Both the position numbers and the translations under genes were made by a program. 35,528 nt of DNA from an uncultured bacterium (GTDB taxonomy: Bacteria > Bacteroidota > Bacteroidia > 2-12-FULL-35-15): the NCBI GenBank assembly GCA_964014945.1, contig CAXHCC010000003.1, forward strand, positions 1 through 35,528. Direction: 5' to 3'. This document shows, in pieces, positions 26,655 to 35,528 of this stretch. The notes beneath the pieces were generated by a model. It did no database searches and was not told the DNA's origin. It saw nothing but the letters and a program-made list of their open reading frames with translations. Numbering within the stretch: the first letter of the stretch is position 1; every line of letters begins with the position of its first letter.

Positions 26655-29627
26655 ATGTACATTAATTGTCATTCATATTTTAGCCTCAAGTACGGCATGC
26701 TGGCCCAGCAAACGCTGCTAAAAACATTAGTAAGTAAAGGTGTAAAGGTAGCTGCTCTTACTGATATTAATAATACTTCGGCGGTTTTAGATACGCTTCG
26801 TTTGGCGAAAGATGAGCCTATTCGTATAGTGCCGGGTATAGACTTTAGAAATGGAGCGCAGCAACAATTTATAGGCTTGGCAAAAAACAATCAAGGTTTT
26901 GCGGCGCTTAATTATTACTTGTCAACACATTTGCACAGTGGGCTGCCTTTCCCAAGTAAAGCTCCTGTATTAAACGATGTATTTATTGTATACCCTTATA
27001 AGCAAGCACCTACACACTTGTTGCCTTATGAATATGTTGGTATTAGACCTGAAGAGCTAACATTGCTCCCATTTAGCAAATGGAAGAATAAGCTAGATAA
27101 GCTGTTAGTGTTGCAGCCGGTTACGTTTTTTAATAAGCAGCAGTTTAATGCCCACCGTATTTTACGCGCCATTGACAATAATGTGTTATTAAGCCAATTG
27201 CCTAAAAGTGAAGAAGCTTCTCCTAATGATGTGTTTATCGATGAGTTAAGCTTGCGAAATCGCTTTAAGGATTATCCTCAAATAATAGATACCACTTATC
27301 AGGTGCTTAATGCATGTCGTGTAGACTTTGATTTTAAACATGAAAAAGGGCATAATAATTTGCAACATTATACGGGTAACGCTAACCTCGATTTTCGTTT
27401 ACTCAAAAAGTTATGTTTTGAAGGTTTGCCTTATCGCTATCGTGAGGTTAACGATGCTATTTTAGATAGAATTAATAAGGAGCTTAAAACAATTAAGGAA
27501 AAGGGTTTTGTGGCCTATTTTTTAATTGCATGGAAAGTGCTAAAGTATGCGCGTAGTTGTGGTTATTTTTATGTAGGTAGGGGGAGTGGAGCCAATAGTA
27601 TTGTGGCTTATTTAATACGTATTACTGATATAGATCCCATTGAGCTCGATTTGTATTTTGAGCGTTTCATCAATTTGTTTCGGAATACTCCGCCTGATTT
27701 TGATATAGACTTTTCGTGGAAAGATAGGGAAGACGTAACGGCTTATATATTTCATCGCTTTAAAAATGTAGCCCTGCTAGCCGCTTATAGCACTTTTAAA
27801 GATAGGTCGGTAATACGTGAGGTTTCTAAAACCTTTGGCTTGCCCGATCATGAAATAAAAAAGCTGCAACAGTATCCGCATACAGCTGATAGCATGGGTA
27901 AGTTGGTGCTCAAATATAGCAAGCTGTTGCAAGGCTTTCCAAGTCATTTAACGGTGCACGCTGCGGGTATTATTATTTCTGAAAAACCACTCTATAATTA
28001 TGCCGCTACATTTATGCCTCCCAAGGGTTTTCCTACCATTCAGTTTGATATGCACATTGCTGAGGATATGGCCCTGTATAAGTTTGATATTTTAGGTCAA
28101 CGTGGCTTGGCTAAAATAAAGGAGGCTTTAGCTATTATAAAGGGTAATAGGCCTGGTACAGTTGTGGATATACATGATATGCGCAAAATACAGGGCGATG
28201 AGTCGGCTAATAATTTGCTGAAGAATGGAGGAGCTATAGGGTGTTTTTATGTGGAATCGCCTGCTATGCGTATGCTCTTAGCTAAGCTGCAGGTAGCTGA
28301 TTATTTAGGCTTAGTGGCAGCGAGTTCTGTTATACGCCCTGGTGTTGCACAAAGTGGTATGATGCGTGAGTATATTTTGCGTTATAGAAGTGAAGAGCGT
28401 CGCAAGTGGGCACAAGAGCAATATCCGGTGCTGTATAAGCTAATGCCAGAAACTTATGGTGTAATGGTATATCAAGAGGATGTGATAAAAGTGGCGCATT
28501 ATTTTGCTGGATTGAGTTTAGCTGAGGCAGATGTATTACGGAGAGGTATGAGCGGTAAGTATAGATCGAGAGAAGAGTTTAAGGAGGTAGAGGGGAAGTT
28601 CTTTAATAATTGTAAGGCCAAAGGAATAGCAGAGTCTTTTATACGCGAAGTGTGGATGCAAATTGAAAGTTTTGCAGGTTATGCTTTTGCTAAGGGGCAT
28701 TCGGCTAGTTATGCTGTTGAAAGTTATCAATGCTTGTATTTAAAGGCGTATTACCCCTTAGAATTTTTAGTGGCTACCATTAATAACGGAGGAGGGTTTT
28801 ATTCGGCTGAATTGTATTTGCACGAGGCTAAAAAATATGGTGCTGTGGTGCATTTGCCGTGTATTAACCAAAGTGAAGCTTTGCTGGTATTGTATGATAA
28901 AGATGTGTTTTTAGGCTTGCAAATGGTGGCAGGGGTGGAGTATGAATTGGTGAAGGCGGTATTAAAAGAACGCTATAGTAACGGTTTTTATACAAGCTTG
29001 GCTGATTTTTTGGATCGAGTAAGTATTGGTATAGAACAGTTAAGTGTATTGATACGGGCCAATGCTTTTAGATTTACACAAAAAACTAAGAAGGAGTTGT
29101 TGTGGGAGGCGCATTTTTTGTTGAGTGGTAAAAAACAAACGGCACCATCTCCATCACTTTTTGTTGCTAAACCTAAGCAGTTTGTGTTGCCTGCTTTGTG
29201 GCAACATGAGTTGGAAGATATATACGATGAAATAGAACTGTTGGGTTTTCCTGTAATACATTCGCCTTTTGAATTAGTTACTGAATGGCCAGCTAACAAT
29301 GTGTTGGCTAAATTGTTTCCCTTGTTTGTGGGTAAGCCTGTTACCTTGTTGGCTTATTTGGTACATCGCAAAAAAACACAAACAAAAAGTAAGCAAGCCA
29401 TGTATTTTGGCACCTTAATAGATAAAGAGGGCGATTGGGTAGATACGGTAGTGTTTCCTGTAGTAGCGCAACAGTATCCCTTCACAGGACCAGGTTGTTA
29501 TGTGTTGCATGGTAAGGTGGTAGAAGAGTTTGGTCATTTAAGTTTAGAGGTGATTTGGCAAAAACGCGTTGCTTTAAAAAACTTAGACGATGCACCTAGC
29601 ACTCGACTGAAACAGATATCACCTTGA
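26655..29627 (+). CDS. dnaE2: Error-prone DNA polymerase III alpha subunit (DnaE2 type)
   Basis: PHP start HSYFS, GRGSGANS, FERF, PDFDIDF catalytic aspartates, KFDILG, YQE, FAKGHSASYA and an OB fold. Short (990 aa) and starts immediately after the dinB stop. Confidence 0.92.
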   Translation: MYINCHSYFSLKYGMLAQQTLLKTLVSKGVKVAALTDINNTSAVLDTLRLAKDEPIRIVPGIDFRNGAQQQFIGLAKNNQGFAALNYYLSTHLHSGLPFPSKAPVLNDVFIVYPYKQAPTHLLPYEYVGIRPEELTLLPFSKWKNKLDKLLVLQPVTFFNKQQFNAHRILRAIDNNVLLSQLPKSEEASPNDVFIDELSLRNRFKDYPQIIDTTYQVLNACRVDFDFKHEKGHNNLQHYTGNANLDFRLLKKLCFEGLPYRYREVNDAILDRINKELKTIKEKGFVAYFLIAWKVLKYARSCGYFYVGRGSGANSIVAYLIRITDIDPIELDLYFERFINLFRNTPPDFDIDFSWKDREDVTAYIFHRFKNVALLAAYSTFKDRSVIREVSKTFGLPDHEIKKLQQYPHTADSMGKLVLKYSKLLQGFPSHLTVHAAGIIISEKPLYNYAATFMPPKGFPTIQFDMHIAEDMALYKFDILGQRGLAKIKEALAIIKGNRPGTVVDIHDMRKIQGDESANNLLKNGGAIGCFYVESPAMRMLLAKLQVADYLGLVAASSVIRPGVAQSGMMREYILRYRSEERRKWAQEQYPVLYKLMPETYGVMVYQEDVIKVAHYFAGLSLAEADVLRRGMSGKYRSREEFKEVEGKFFNNCKAKGIAESFIREVWMQIESFAGYAFAKGHSASYAVESYQCLYLKAYYPLEFLVATINNGGGFYSAELYLHEAKKYGAVVHLPCINQSEALLVLYDKDVFLGLQMVAGVEYELVKAVLKERYSNGFYTSLADFLDRVSIGIEQLSVLIRANAFRFTQKTKKELLWEAHFLLSGKKQTAPSPSLFVAKPKQFVLPALWQHELEDIYDEIELLGFPVIHSPFELVTEWPANNVLAKLFPLFVGKPVTLLAYLVHRKKTQTKSKQAMYFGTLIDKEGDWVDTVVFPVVAQQYPFTGPGCYVLHGKVVEEFGHLSLEVIWQKRVALKNLDDAPSTRLKQISP

Positions 29628-29653
29628 TAATTGAATGTATTTTTGTATTTTCG
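29623..29653 (+). promoter_or_regulatory. Probable tRNA promoter
   Basis: CTTG (29623-29626) - 19 nt - TATTTTCG (29646-29653), near-consensus -33/-7. Confidence 0.55.
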
Positions 29654-29672
29654 CAACTCCAATTAAGGAAAT

Positions 29673-29743
29673 GGTCACGTGGCCGAGTGGTTAGGCTGAG
29701 CTCTGCAAAAGCTCCTACGGCGGTTCGAATCCGTTCGTGACCT
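29673..29743 (+). tRNA. tRNA-Cys (GCA)
   Basis: Acceptor stem GGTCACG/CGTGACC, D arm GCC-GAGTGGTTA-GGC, anticodon stem GAGCT/AGCTC with GCA at 29705-29707, T loop TTCGAAT, discriminator U; CCA not encoded. Confidence 0.97.
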
Positions 29744-29745
29744 CA

Positions 29746-29783
29746 AAAAAAACACCAATAAGCAGCGCTTATTGGTGTTTTTT
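29746..29783. terminator. Bidirectional intrinsic terminator between tRNA-Cys and amt
   Basis: AAAAAACACCAATAAGC-AGC-GCTTATTGGTGTTTTTT between convergent genes. Confidence 0.9.
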
Positions 29784-29799
29784 ATTCTGTTAGATCTCC

Positions 29800-31113
29800 T
29801 TAGTTATCCTTTGTAATAATTTTATGTTCTTCAATTACAATGTGGTGTTCACCGTGGTAACCAATATCCATACCTTCCAATTCAATTTTGTGGCCAATGC
29901 GACCACCTCTTGTAAACAAGGCAACAAATTTAAACACCACAAAAGTACCTACCGCCGAGTAAGCAGCAGTAACTAGGATGGATTTGGTTTGTAACCATAA
30001 TTGTTCTGGGTTGCCATAAAATAAACCAGCAGATTCTCCATCTACTGCAGGGTTGGCCAACAAACCTGTTAGTAAAGCACCGGCAATACCTACCAAACCG
30101 TGCATGCCAAAAGCATCTAAAGTGTCATCATGGCCAAAAAACTCTTTTAATTTAACTACACCAATATATCCAACAATACTCGATACGATACCTATGATAA
30201 TAGCACCTGTAGGGTCAACAAAGCCTGCGGCTGGGGTAATACCTACTAAACCAGATACGGCTCCTGAAGCAATACCGATTAAGGTTGGTTTCTTAATAAT
30301 GAACCATTCAATGATTAACCAAACAATACCGCCAACACAGGCTGCCAAATTTGTAACTAAAATAGCATTAGCTGCTAAAAAGTTGGCGCCATAGGCTGAT
30401 CCTCCATTAAAACCTGACCATCCAAACCATAATAAGGCAGAACCTAATATCATTAGTTTAATAGAAGAAGGTAGTCGCTTTTCGTCTAAATCAATTCTTC
30501 TTCCAAGGATTAAAGAAAGTACTAAGCCAGCAACACCTGCATTAACGTGAATAACAGTTCCTCCTGCAAAATCTAAATCGCCATGTAAAAAACCTTCACT
30601 ACCCCATACCCAATGACAAATTGGTGCATAAACTAAAGCAACCCATAGTACCGAAAACCAAAGCCAAGTAGAGTAGCGCATACGTTCAATAACCGATCCG
30701 CTTACAATGGCTACGGCAATGGCCGCAAATGTTCCTTGAAAAGCTACATCTAATAAATGCGGTATGTTAGCTCCATCAATCAAGTCGGTTACCTTAATAC
30801 CTTTCAGCATCACATAATCAAAACCGCCGATAAAAGCATTTCCTTCAGCGAAGGCAAAGGAGTAGCCAACAATAACCCAAACTACTGTGGCTGTACAAAA
30901 TGCTACATAACTCATTCCAATGGTGTTTAATACACTTTTATTTTGTGTAAGTCCGCCATAAAACAAGGCTAAGCCTGCAGGAGTCATTAACATTACTAAG
31001 GCTGTAGAAATTAACATCCAAGCCGTGTTACCAGTGTCTAAAGTTGCTTCTGTTTGTGCGAGGCATACAGAAGTAGTCAGTACCGCTAGGGTAGAGAGGA
31101 TTAATTTTTTCAT
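29800..31113 (-). CDS. amtB: Ammonium transporter (Amt family)
   Basis: Signal peptide, GLALFYGG, FQGTFA, DFAGGTVIH, WFGWSGFNGGS, GLVGITP and DDTLDAFGMHG (both pore histidines present). Confidence 0.96.
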   Translation of the reverse strand: MKKLILSTLAVLTTSVCLAQTEATLDTGNTAWMLISTALVMLMTPAGLALFYGGLTQNKSVLNTIGMSYVAFCTATVVWVIVGYSFAFAEGNAFIGGFDYVMLKGIKVTDLIDGANIPHLLDVAFQGTFAAIAVAIVSGSVIERMRYSTWLWFSVLWVALVYAPICHWVWGSEGFLHGDLDFAGGTVIHVNAGVAGLVLSLILGRRIDLDEKRLPSSIKLMILGSALLWFGWSGFNGGSAYGANFLAANAILVTNLAACVGGIVWLIIEWFIIKKPTLIGIASGAVSGLVGITPAAGFVDPTGAIIIGIVSSIVGYIGVVKLKEFFGHDDTLDAFGMHGLVGIAGALLTGLLANPAVDGESAGLFYGNPEQLWLQTKSILVTAAYSAVGTFVVFKFVALFTRGGRIGHKIELEGMDIGYHGEHHIVIEEHKIITKDN

Positions 31114-31134
31114 GTGTTGGTTTTGGTTTAACTA

Positions 31135-31166
31135 CAAATATAACACTACTATATAGCAGTTACAAA
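31135..31166 (-). promoter_or_regulatory. amt promoter
   Basis: Minus strand TTTG (31166-31163) - 20 nt - TATATTTG (31142-31135), the full Bacteroidota consensus. Confidence 0.8.
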
Positions 31167-31188
31167 TACCAACTACTTAAGATGCAGA

Positions 31189-31548
31189 TTAGTAATCTCC
31201 AATAGATAATAACACCAAGGTACAAGCCTGTAAGGTAGAAATGTTGTTTTGGTGAAGTAGATCTTCTAATTCTTGATTTTCTGTACCAGGATTAAATATT
31301 ACCCTTTTAGGTTTTAAACTTAAAATATAATCATACCAAACTGGTTGCCGTTCTGGACCAACATACAAAGTAACCGTATCTACATCATCTATATGTGGTT
31401 GGTCTGTTAATACTTCTATGTTGTTGATGTTTCCTTTTCGTAAACCAACGGGTACTACTTCGTGCTGATGGTGTTGAAGTGAAATCGTGGCTTTATAAGC
31501 ATAACGGTTGGGATTGTCAGAAGCACCTATAACAACAGTTTTTTTCAT
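31189..31548 (-). CDS. CoA-binding protein (YccU-like)
   Basis: VVIGASDNPNRYA, VDTVTLYV, IFNPGTEN and ACTLVLL. Confidence 0.92.
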   Translation of the reverse strand: MKKTVVIGASDNPNRYAYKATISLQHHQHEVVPVGLRKGNINNIEVLTDQPHIDDVDTVTLYVGPERQPVWYDYILSLKPKRVIFNPGTENQELEDLLHQNNISTLQACTLVLLSIGDY

Positions 31549-31629
31549 AACGATTAGCTTAACTATTCAATATTATTATTCATATTCATGTACGTAATGT
31601 TAGTCGCTTGGTTACCAAATTCCTTGCAT

Positions 31630-31658
31630 AAAAAAGCCCCGCAGTGTTGCGAGGCTTT
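31630..31658 (-). terminator. Intrinsic terminator after the acyl-CoA dehydrogenase pair
   Basis: Minus strand AAAGCCTCGCA-ACAC-TGCGGGGC-TTTTTT. Confidence 0.85.
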
Positions 31659-31682
31659 CTAATTAATTCAGGATTAACCTTT

Positions 31683-32834
31683 TTAGTAGGTTTTACCGTC
31701 AATCACCATTTTGGCAAGAATTTCTTTCATTATTTCAGATGTTCCTGCGTATATAGGGCTAATTCTGTTGTCCCTATATATTCGCGCAATTGGAAACTCT
31801 TCCATAAATCCATACCCACCAAAAAATTGTAAACATTGATCCGCTGTGATGTTTCCTAACTCAGCAGCTTTTAATTTAAGCATGCTTGCTTCTTTGGTAA
31901 CATCTTCACCATTGCAAAAGCGCTGGGTAGTTAAATAGGTAAATGCTCTAATAACTTCTAATTCGGTTTGCAATTCAACCAATTTGTGACGTATTATTTG
32001 CAATTTTGCTAATGGCTTGCCAAATGCTTCACGTTCGTGAATGTATTGTATGGTCATATCCAAAATACCCTCACAAGATCCAACTCCGCCCCAAGCAATG
32101 CCTAAACGCTCAATTTGTAAATTGCGCATCATATAGTAGAAGCCTTTTCCTTCTTCACCAATTAGGTTTTCTGCCGGAACTTTAACATTGTCCATTCCAA
32201 TTTCAGCGGTGTCCGAAGCTCTAATGCCTAACTTGTCTAATTTTGTACAAGAGTAACCTTCTGATTTGGTATCAATTACCAACATGGAAACTTTTCCGTC
32301 AATTTTAACAGCAGTTACCATATAGTCGGCCATAATACCACTAGTTATAAAGGTTTTTGAACCATTAACTATGTAATGGTCGCCTTCCTTTACAGCAGTA
32401 GTACTAATTGCCGCAAGGTCTGATCCAGCACCTGGTTCCGTCATTCCCAATGCACCAATTAGGTCACCAGAAACACTTGGTACCAAATACTTTTGTTTTA
32501 ACTCTTCAGAACCAAACTTATCCAAATATTGTATGGGTAGTTGCAAATGATTAATGATACCACTTGCACTACCACCAACATTTTGTCGACTTAATTCTTC
32601 TACCCAAATCATGTTGTACATAGCATCTAAGCCTAAGCCACCATATTTGGAGTCGATATTTATACCTAATGCTCCTAATTCAGCGGCTTGCTTAAATAAC
32701 TCTCTACTAACTTCACCTTCTTTTTCCCACTTTGCGATATTGGGTACAATGTACTTTACAGCAAAGTCATTTACAGACTGGCGGAACATTTCATGCTCCT
32801 CTGTTACAAATTGTTGAATACTTTCCTTACTCAT
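31683..32834 (-). CDS. Acyl-CoA dehydrogenase (LCAD-like)
   Basis: GMTEPGAGSD, NGSKTFIT, KLG.RASDT, LQIERL, REAFGKP, QFFGGYGF and IYAGTSEI. Confidence 0.95.
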   Translation of the reverse strand: MSKESIQQFVTEEHEMFRQSVNDFAVKYIVPNIAKWEKEGEVSRELFKQAAELGALGINIDSKYGGLGLDAMYNMIWVEELSRQNVGGSASGIINHLQLPIQYLDKFGSEELKQKYLVPSVSGDLIGALGMTEPGAGSDLAAISTTAVKEGDHYIVNGSKTFITSGIMADYMVTAVKIDGKVSMLVIDTKSEGYSCTKLDKLGIRASDTAEIGMDNVKVPAENLIGEEGKGFYYMMRNLQIERLGIAWGGVGSCEGILDMTIQYIHEREAFGKPLAKLQIIRHKLVELQTELEVIRAFTYLTTQRFCNGEDVTKEASMLKLKAAELGNITADQCLQFFGGYGFMEEFPIARIYRDNRISPIYAGTSEIMKEILAKMVIDGKTY

Positions 32835-32843
32835 TTTTCCGAA

Positions 32844-34004
32844 TTAATATTTAACTCCGTCAATTACAATTTTGGATAAAATCTCTTTCATAATTTCTGA
32901 AGTACCACCGTAAATTGGATTTACACGTTGGTCTCTGTATACACGAGCAATTGGGAACTCTTCCATAAAACCGTATCCACCAAAGAATTGTAAGCAGTCA
33001 TCAGCAACTTGGTTCAATAACTCAGCTGTTTTTAACTTAAGCATAGTAGCTTCTTTTACAATGCTTTCACCTTTAACAAATCGTTGTGTTGATAAATACA
33101 TGAAAGCACGAGTAGCTTCAATTTCTGTTTCCATTTCAACCATTTTGTGACGAATAGTTTGGAATTTTGCAATTGGCTTACCAAATGCTTCTCTTTCTTG
33201 AATGTATTGTTTGGTAACATCCATAACACCTAAACAACCTCCTAAACAAGCCCAAGCAATACTTAAACGCTCAATTTGCAAACTCATCATCATGTATAAA
33301 AAGCCTTTTCCTTCTTCACCTATTAGGTTGCTTGCAGGTACTTTTACATCTTGAAATGCAATTTCAGCTGTATCAGAAGAACGAATACCTAGTTTGTCCA
33401 ATTTAGTAGTGCTATATCCTTCAGAGTTAGCATCAATAACCAATAAGCTTACTCCTGCTCTTTGATCTTCAGGATTTGTTTTGACTGCAGCAACAATGTA
33501 ATCCGCATAAACACCATTTGTAATAAATGTTTTTGATCCATTAACAATGTAATGATCTCCTTCTTTAACTGCAGTAGTTCTTAAAGCAGCTAAATCAGAT
33601 CCTGCAAATGGCTCCGTCATACCTAAACAACCAATAAGGTCACCAGAACAACTTGGGGTTAAATATTTTTTCTTTAAATCTTCAGAGGCAAACTTGTTTA
33701 AGTATTGCATTGGAAGGTAAGAATGAGTACATAATCCTAGCATTGCACCTGCAACGTTGTGTCTGGCACCTTGCTCTAACCATATCATTGAAAATATATC
33801 ATCTAAACCAGTTCCTCCATACTCTTCTGGCATAGCAATACCTAATAAGCCAAGCTCAGCAGCTTGTTTGTATATTTCTCTTCCTATGTATCCATCTTTT
33901 TCCCATTGTTCAAAGTTGGGTAGGATGTTAGCTTTTACAAAATCGTCTACACTTTTACGGAACATGTCGTGTTCCTCTGTCATAAAATATTGAATACCAC
34001 TCAT
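32844..34004 (-). CDS. Acyl-CoA dehydrogenase (LCAD-like)
   Basis: GMTEPFAGSD, NGSKTFITNG, LQIERL, QFFGGYGF and IYGGTSEI; close paralog of the downstream gene. Confidence 0.95.
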   Translation of the reverse strand: MSGIQYFMTEEHDMFRKSVDDFVKANILPNFEQWEKDGYIGREIYKQAAELGLLGIAMPEEYGGTGLDDIFSMIWLEQGARHNVAGAMLGLCTHSYLPMQYLNKFASEDLKKKYLTPSCSGDLIGCLGMTEPFAGSDLAALRTTAVKEGDHYIVNGSKTFITNGVYADYIVAAVKTNPEDQRAGVSLLVIDANSEGYSTTKLDKLGIRSSDTAEIAFQDVKVPASNLIGEEGKGFLYMMMSLQIERLSIAWACLGGCLGVMDVTKQYIQEREAFGKPIAKFQTIRHKMVEMETEIEATRAFMYLSTQRFVKGESIVKEATMLKLKTAELLNQVADDCLQFFGGYGFMEEFPIARVYRDQRVNPIYGGTSEIMKEILSKIVIDGVKY

Positions 34005-34040
34005 TGTTATTAGTTTTTGTGATTAGTTTTTTAACGGATA

Positions 34041-34048
34041 CAAAACTA
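34041..34048 (-). promoter_or_regulatory. -7 promoter element for the acyl-CoA dehydrogenase pair
   Basis: Minus strand TAGTTTTG 36 nt upstream of the ATG. Confidence 0.62.
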
Positions 34049-34072
34049 ATAAATTGTATGGTATATAAAAGC

Positions 34073-35484
34073 TTATTCTTCTTCTAAAAATGGATAACCA
34101 TAATGGGTAGGAGGGGAGAGGTTTTCTTTTATTGTTCTTGGAGATACCCAACGCAGTAAATTAAGCATTGATCCTGCTTTATCATTTGTACCAGATGCAC
34201 GAGCACCGCCAAAGGGTTGTTGGCCAACTACTGCTCCGGTGGGTTTGTCATTTATATAAAAATTTCCTGCGGCATTTTTTAGTGTATTCAAAGCCAGTTG
34301 GATGGCTTCCTTGTCTTGAGATATAATGGCGCCAGTTAATGCGTAAATAGAAGTGTTGTCAATTAATTCGAGAACGTTGTCAAATTCAGCATCATCGTAA
34401 CGGAAAATAGTTAATACAGGTCCAAAAATTTCTTCGCACATGCTAAGATATTTGGGGTCTTGCGTAAGTATCACAGTTGGCTCAATAAAATAGCCTTTGC
34501 TCTTATCGTAGCCACCACCCAGTACCACCTCTACATTTGAATCAGTTTTTGCTGAGTCAATGTAAGAAACGATTTTATCAAACGCCTTTTCATCTATTAC
34601 AGCATTAATAAAATTACTAAAATCCTCTACAGACCCCATTTTTATCCCCCCGAATGCACTTTGCAGTAGCTTGTGTAGGTTGTGACATAAGGAATCAGGA
34701 ATGTAAGCGCGTGAAGCTGCAGAGCACTTTTGTCCTTGATATTCAAATGCTCCTCGCAACAGGGCAGTTGCCAATACATTTATATCTGCAGAAGGGTGAG
34801 CGAGAACAAAATTTTTACCACCCGTTTCTCCAACAATTTTTGGGTACGTTTTGTATATGCTAATATTTTGACCAATTTTTTTCCATATATTTTGAAACAC
34901 CTTGGTTGATCCAGTAAAATGTATGCCTGCAAAAAAGGGGTGCGAAAATATCACTTTGGCTGCTTCTTCACCGGTGGGGTAAATTAAATTTATAACGCCA
35001 TCTGGTAAACCAGCTTCTATAAATACCTTCATCAAAACGTTCGCAGAATATATTTGATTGTTAGAAGGCTTCCATACCACCACATTACCCATTAAAGCAC
35101 AGCTTGAAGGCAGGTTGCCAGCAATGGCCGTAAAGTTAAACGGGGAAAGTGCATACACGAAACCTTCGAGTCCTCTATATTCTAATTGATTGTTGATGTT
35201 GAATTCGCTACCATCAATGCTTGGCTGAATGTTGTATATGTCCAACATGTACAAAGAATTAAATCGTAAAAAGTCTATTATTTCGCAGGAAGAATCAATT
35301 TCGGCTTGATGTACGTTTTTTGACTGTCCGAGCATGGTAGCTGCATTTAACTCGTGGCCGTACTTTCCTTCAATTAAGTCAGCAGCCTTTAAAAATATGG
35401 CAGCACGTTTTTCAGCTGAGGTGTTTTCCCAATCTGCTTTAGCATTCAGTGCAGCATCAATGGCTTGTTGTATGTGCTTTTTAT
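34073..35484 (-). CDS. pruA: L-glutamate gamma-semialdehyde (delta-1-pyrroline-5-carboxylate) dehydrogenase, 5'-truncated by the contig end
   Basis: SPFNFTAI, WKPS, FTGST, GETGGKNF, FEYQGQKCSA, EEIFGP and QPFGGARASGTNDKAG. The frame stays open upstream of 35335 (KKHIQQAIDAAL...RAAIFLKAADL...LNAATM) up to the adapter. Confidence 0.95.
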
Positions 35485-35528
35485 CTGTCTCTTATACACA
35501 TCTCCGAGCCCACGAGACCCGGAATAAT
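35485..35528 (-). other. Illumina Nextera i7-side adapter remnant (sequencing artefact)
   Basis: CTGTCTCTTATACACATCT-CCGAGCCCACGAGAC (35485-35518), then CCGGAATA (index-like) and AT, the start of the P7 reverse complement. Confidence 0.98.

Noticed and set aside
29673-29743. tRNA-Cys as the integration site of the mutagenesis cassette
   Set aside because: The cassette lies 5' of the tRNA, there is no integrase, and I found no duplicated tRNA fragment near 23150-23214.
2501-34863. Numerous 60-190 aa antisense or alternate-frame ORFs (e.g. 20835-21404, 16955-17359, 7957-8319, 20382-20777)
   Set aside because: They lie wholly or almost wholly over well-supported genes, have shadow-ORF composition and contain no recognisable motifs.
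44-35484. CRISPR array or long tandem DNA repeats
   Set aside because: Intergenic gaps are all short (under ~170 bp) and no regularly spaced repeats were seen by eye.
25-35503. Inverted 19-bp Tn5 mosaic ends bracketing the window, resembling a composite transposon
   Set aside because: They come with Nextera-specific primer tails and index-like tags, no transposase is present, and they cut genes mid-frame: library adapters.

Overview
This is a 35.5 kb low-GC chromosomal contig from a Bacteroidota bacterium, probably Flavobacteriia-like. The assignment rests on TAnnTTTG (-7) promoters, a T9SS C-terminal sorting domain and a general lack of Shine-Dalgarno sequences. Both ends carry untrimmed Illumina Nextera/Tn5 adapter plus index sequence (1-43 and 35485-35528), so the genuine insert is 44-35484. 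Housekeeping content: aminotransferase, pfkA, THUMP methyltransferase, kup, dedA, site-2 protease, hsp20, ddl, tRNA-Cys, amt, two acyl-CoA dehydrogenases and a 5'-truncated pruA. Three modules stand out. (i) A soluble ~9-PAS + GAF NarX-type kinase with its NarL-type regulator. (ii) An exbB-exbD-exbD-tonB operon with no TonB-dependent receptor, continuing into a small membrane protein, a PstS-like lipoprotein and a TPR protein. (iii) A compact divergent damage-inducible mutagenesis cassette (DnaQ/GIY-YIG nuclease + S24 LexA-like repressor | dinB + dnaE2) with a candidate TGTTAA-N5-TTAACA operator. Candidate cis-elements read from the DNA include two identical FNR/CRP-like boxes and a perfect SD upstream of hsp20, and a palindrome in the amt promoter spacer. 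I found no CRISPR array, integrase, transposase or prophage. All calls come from motif recognition by eye; no searches were run.
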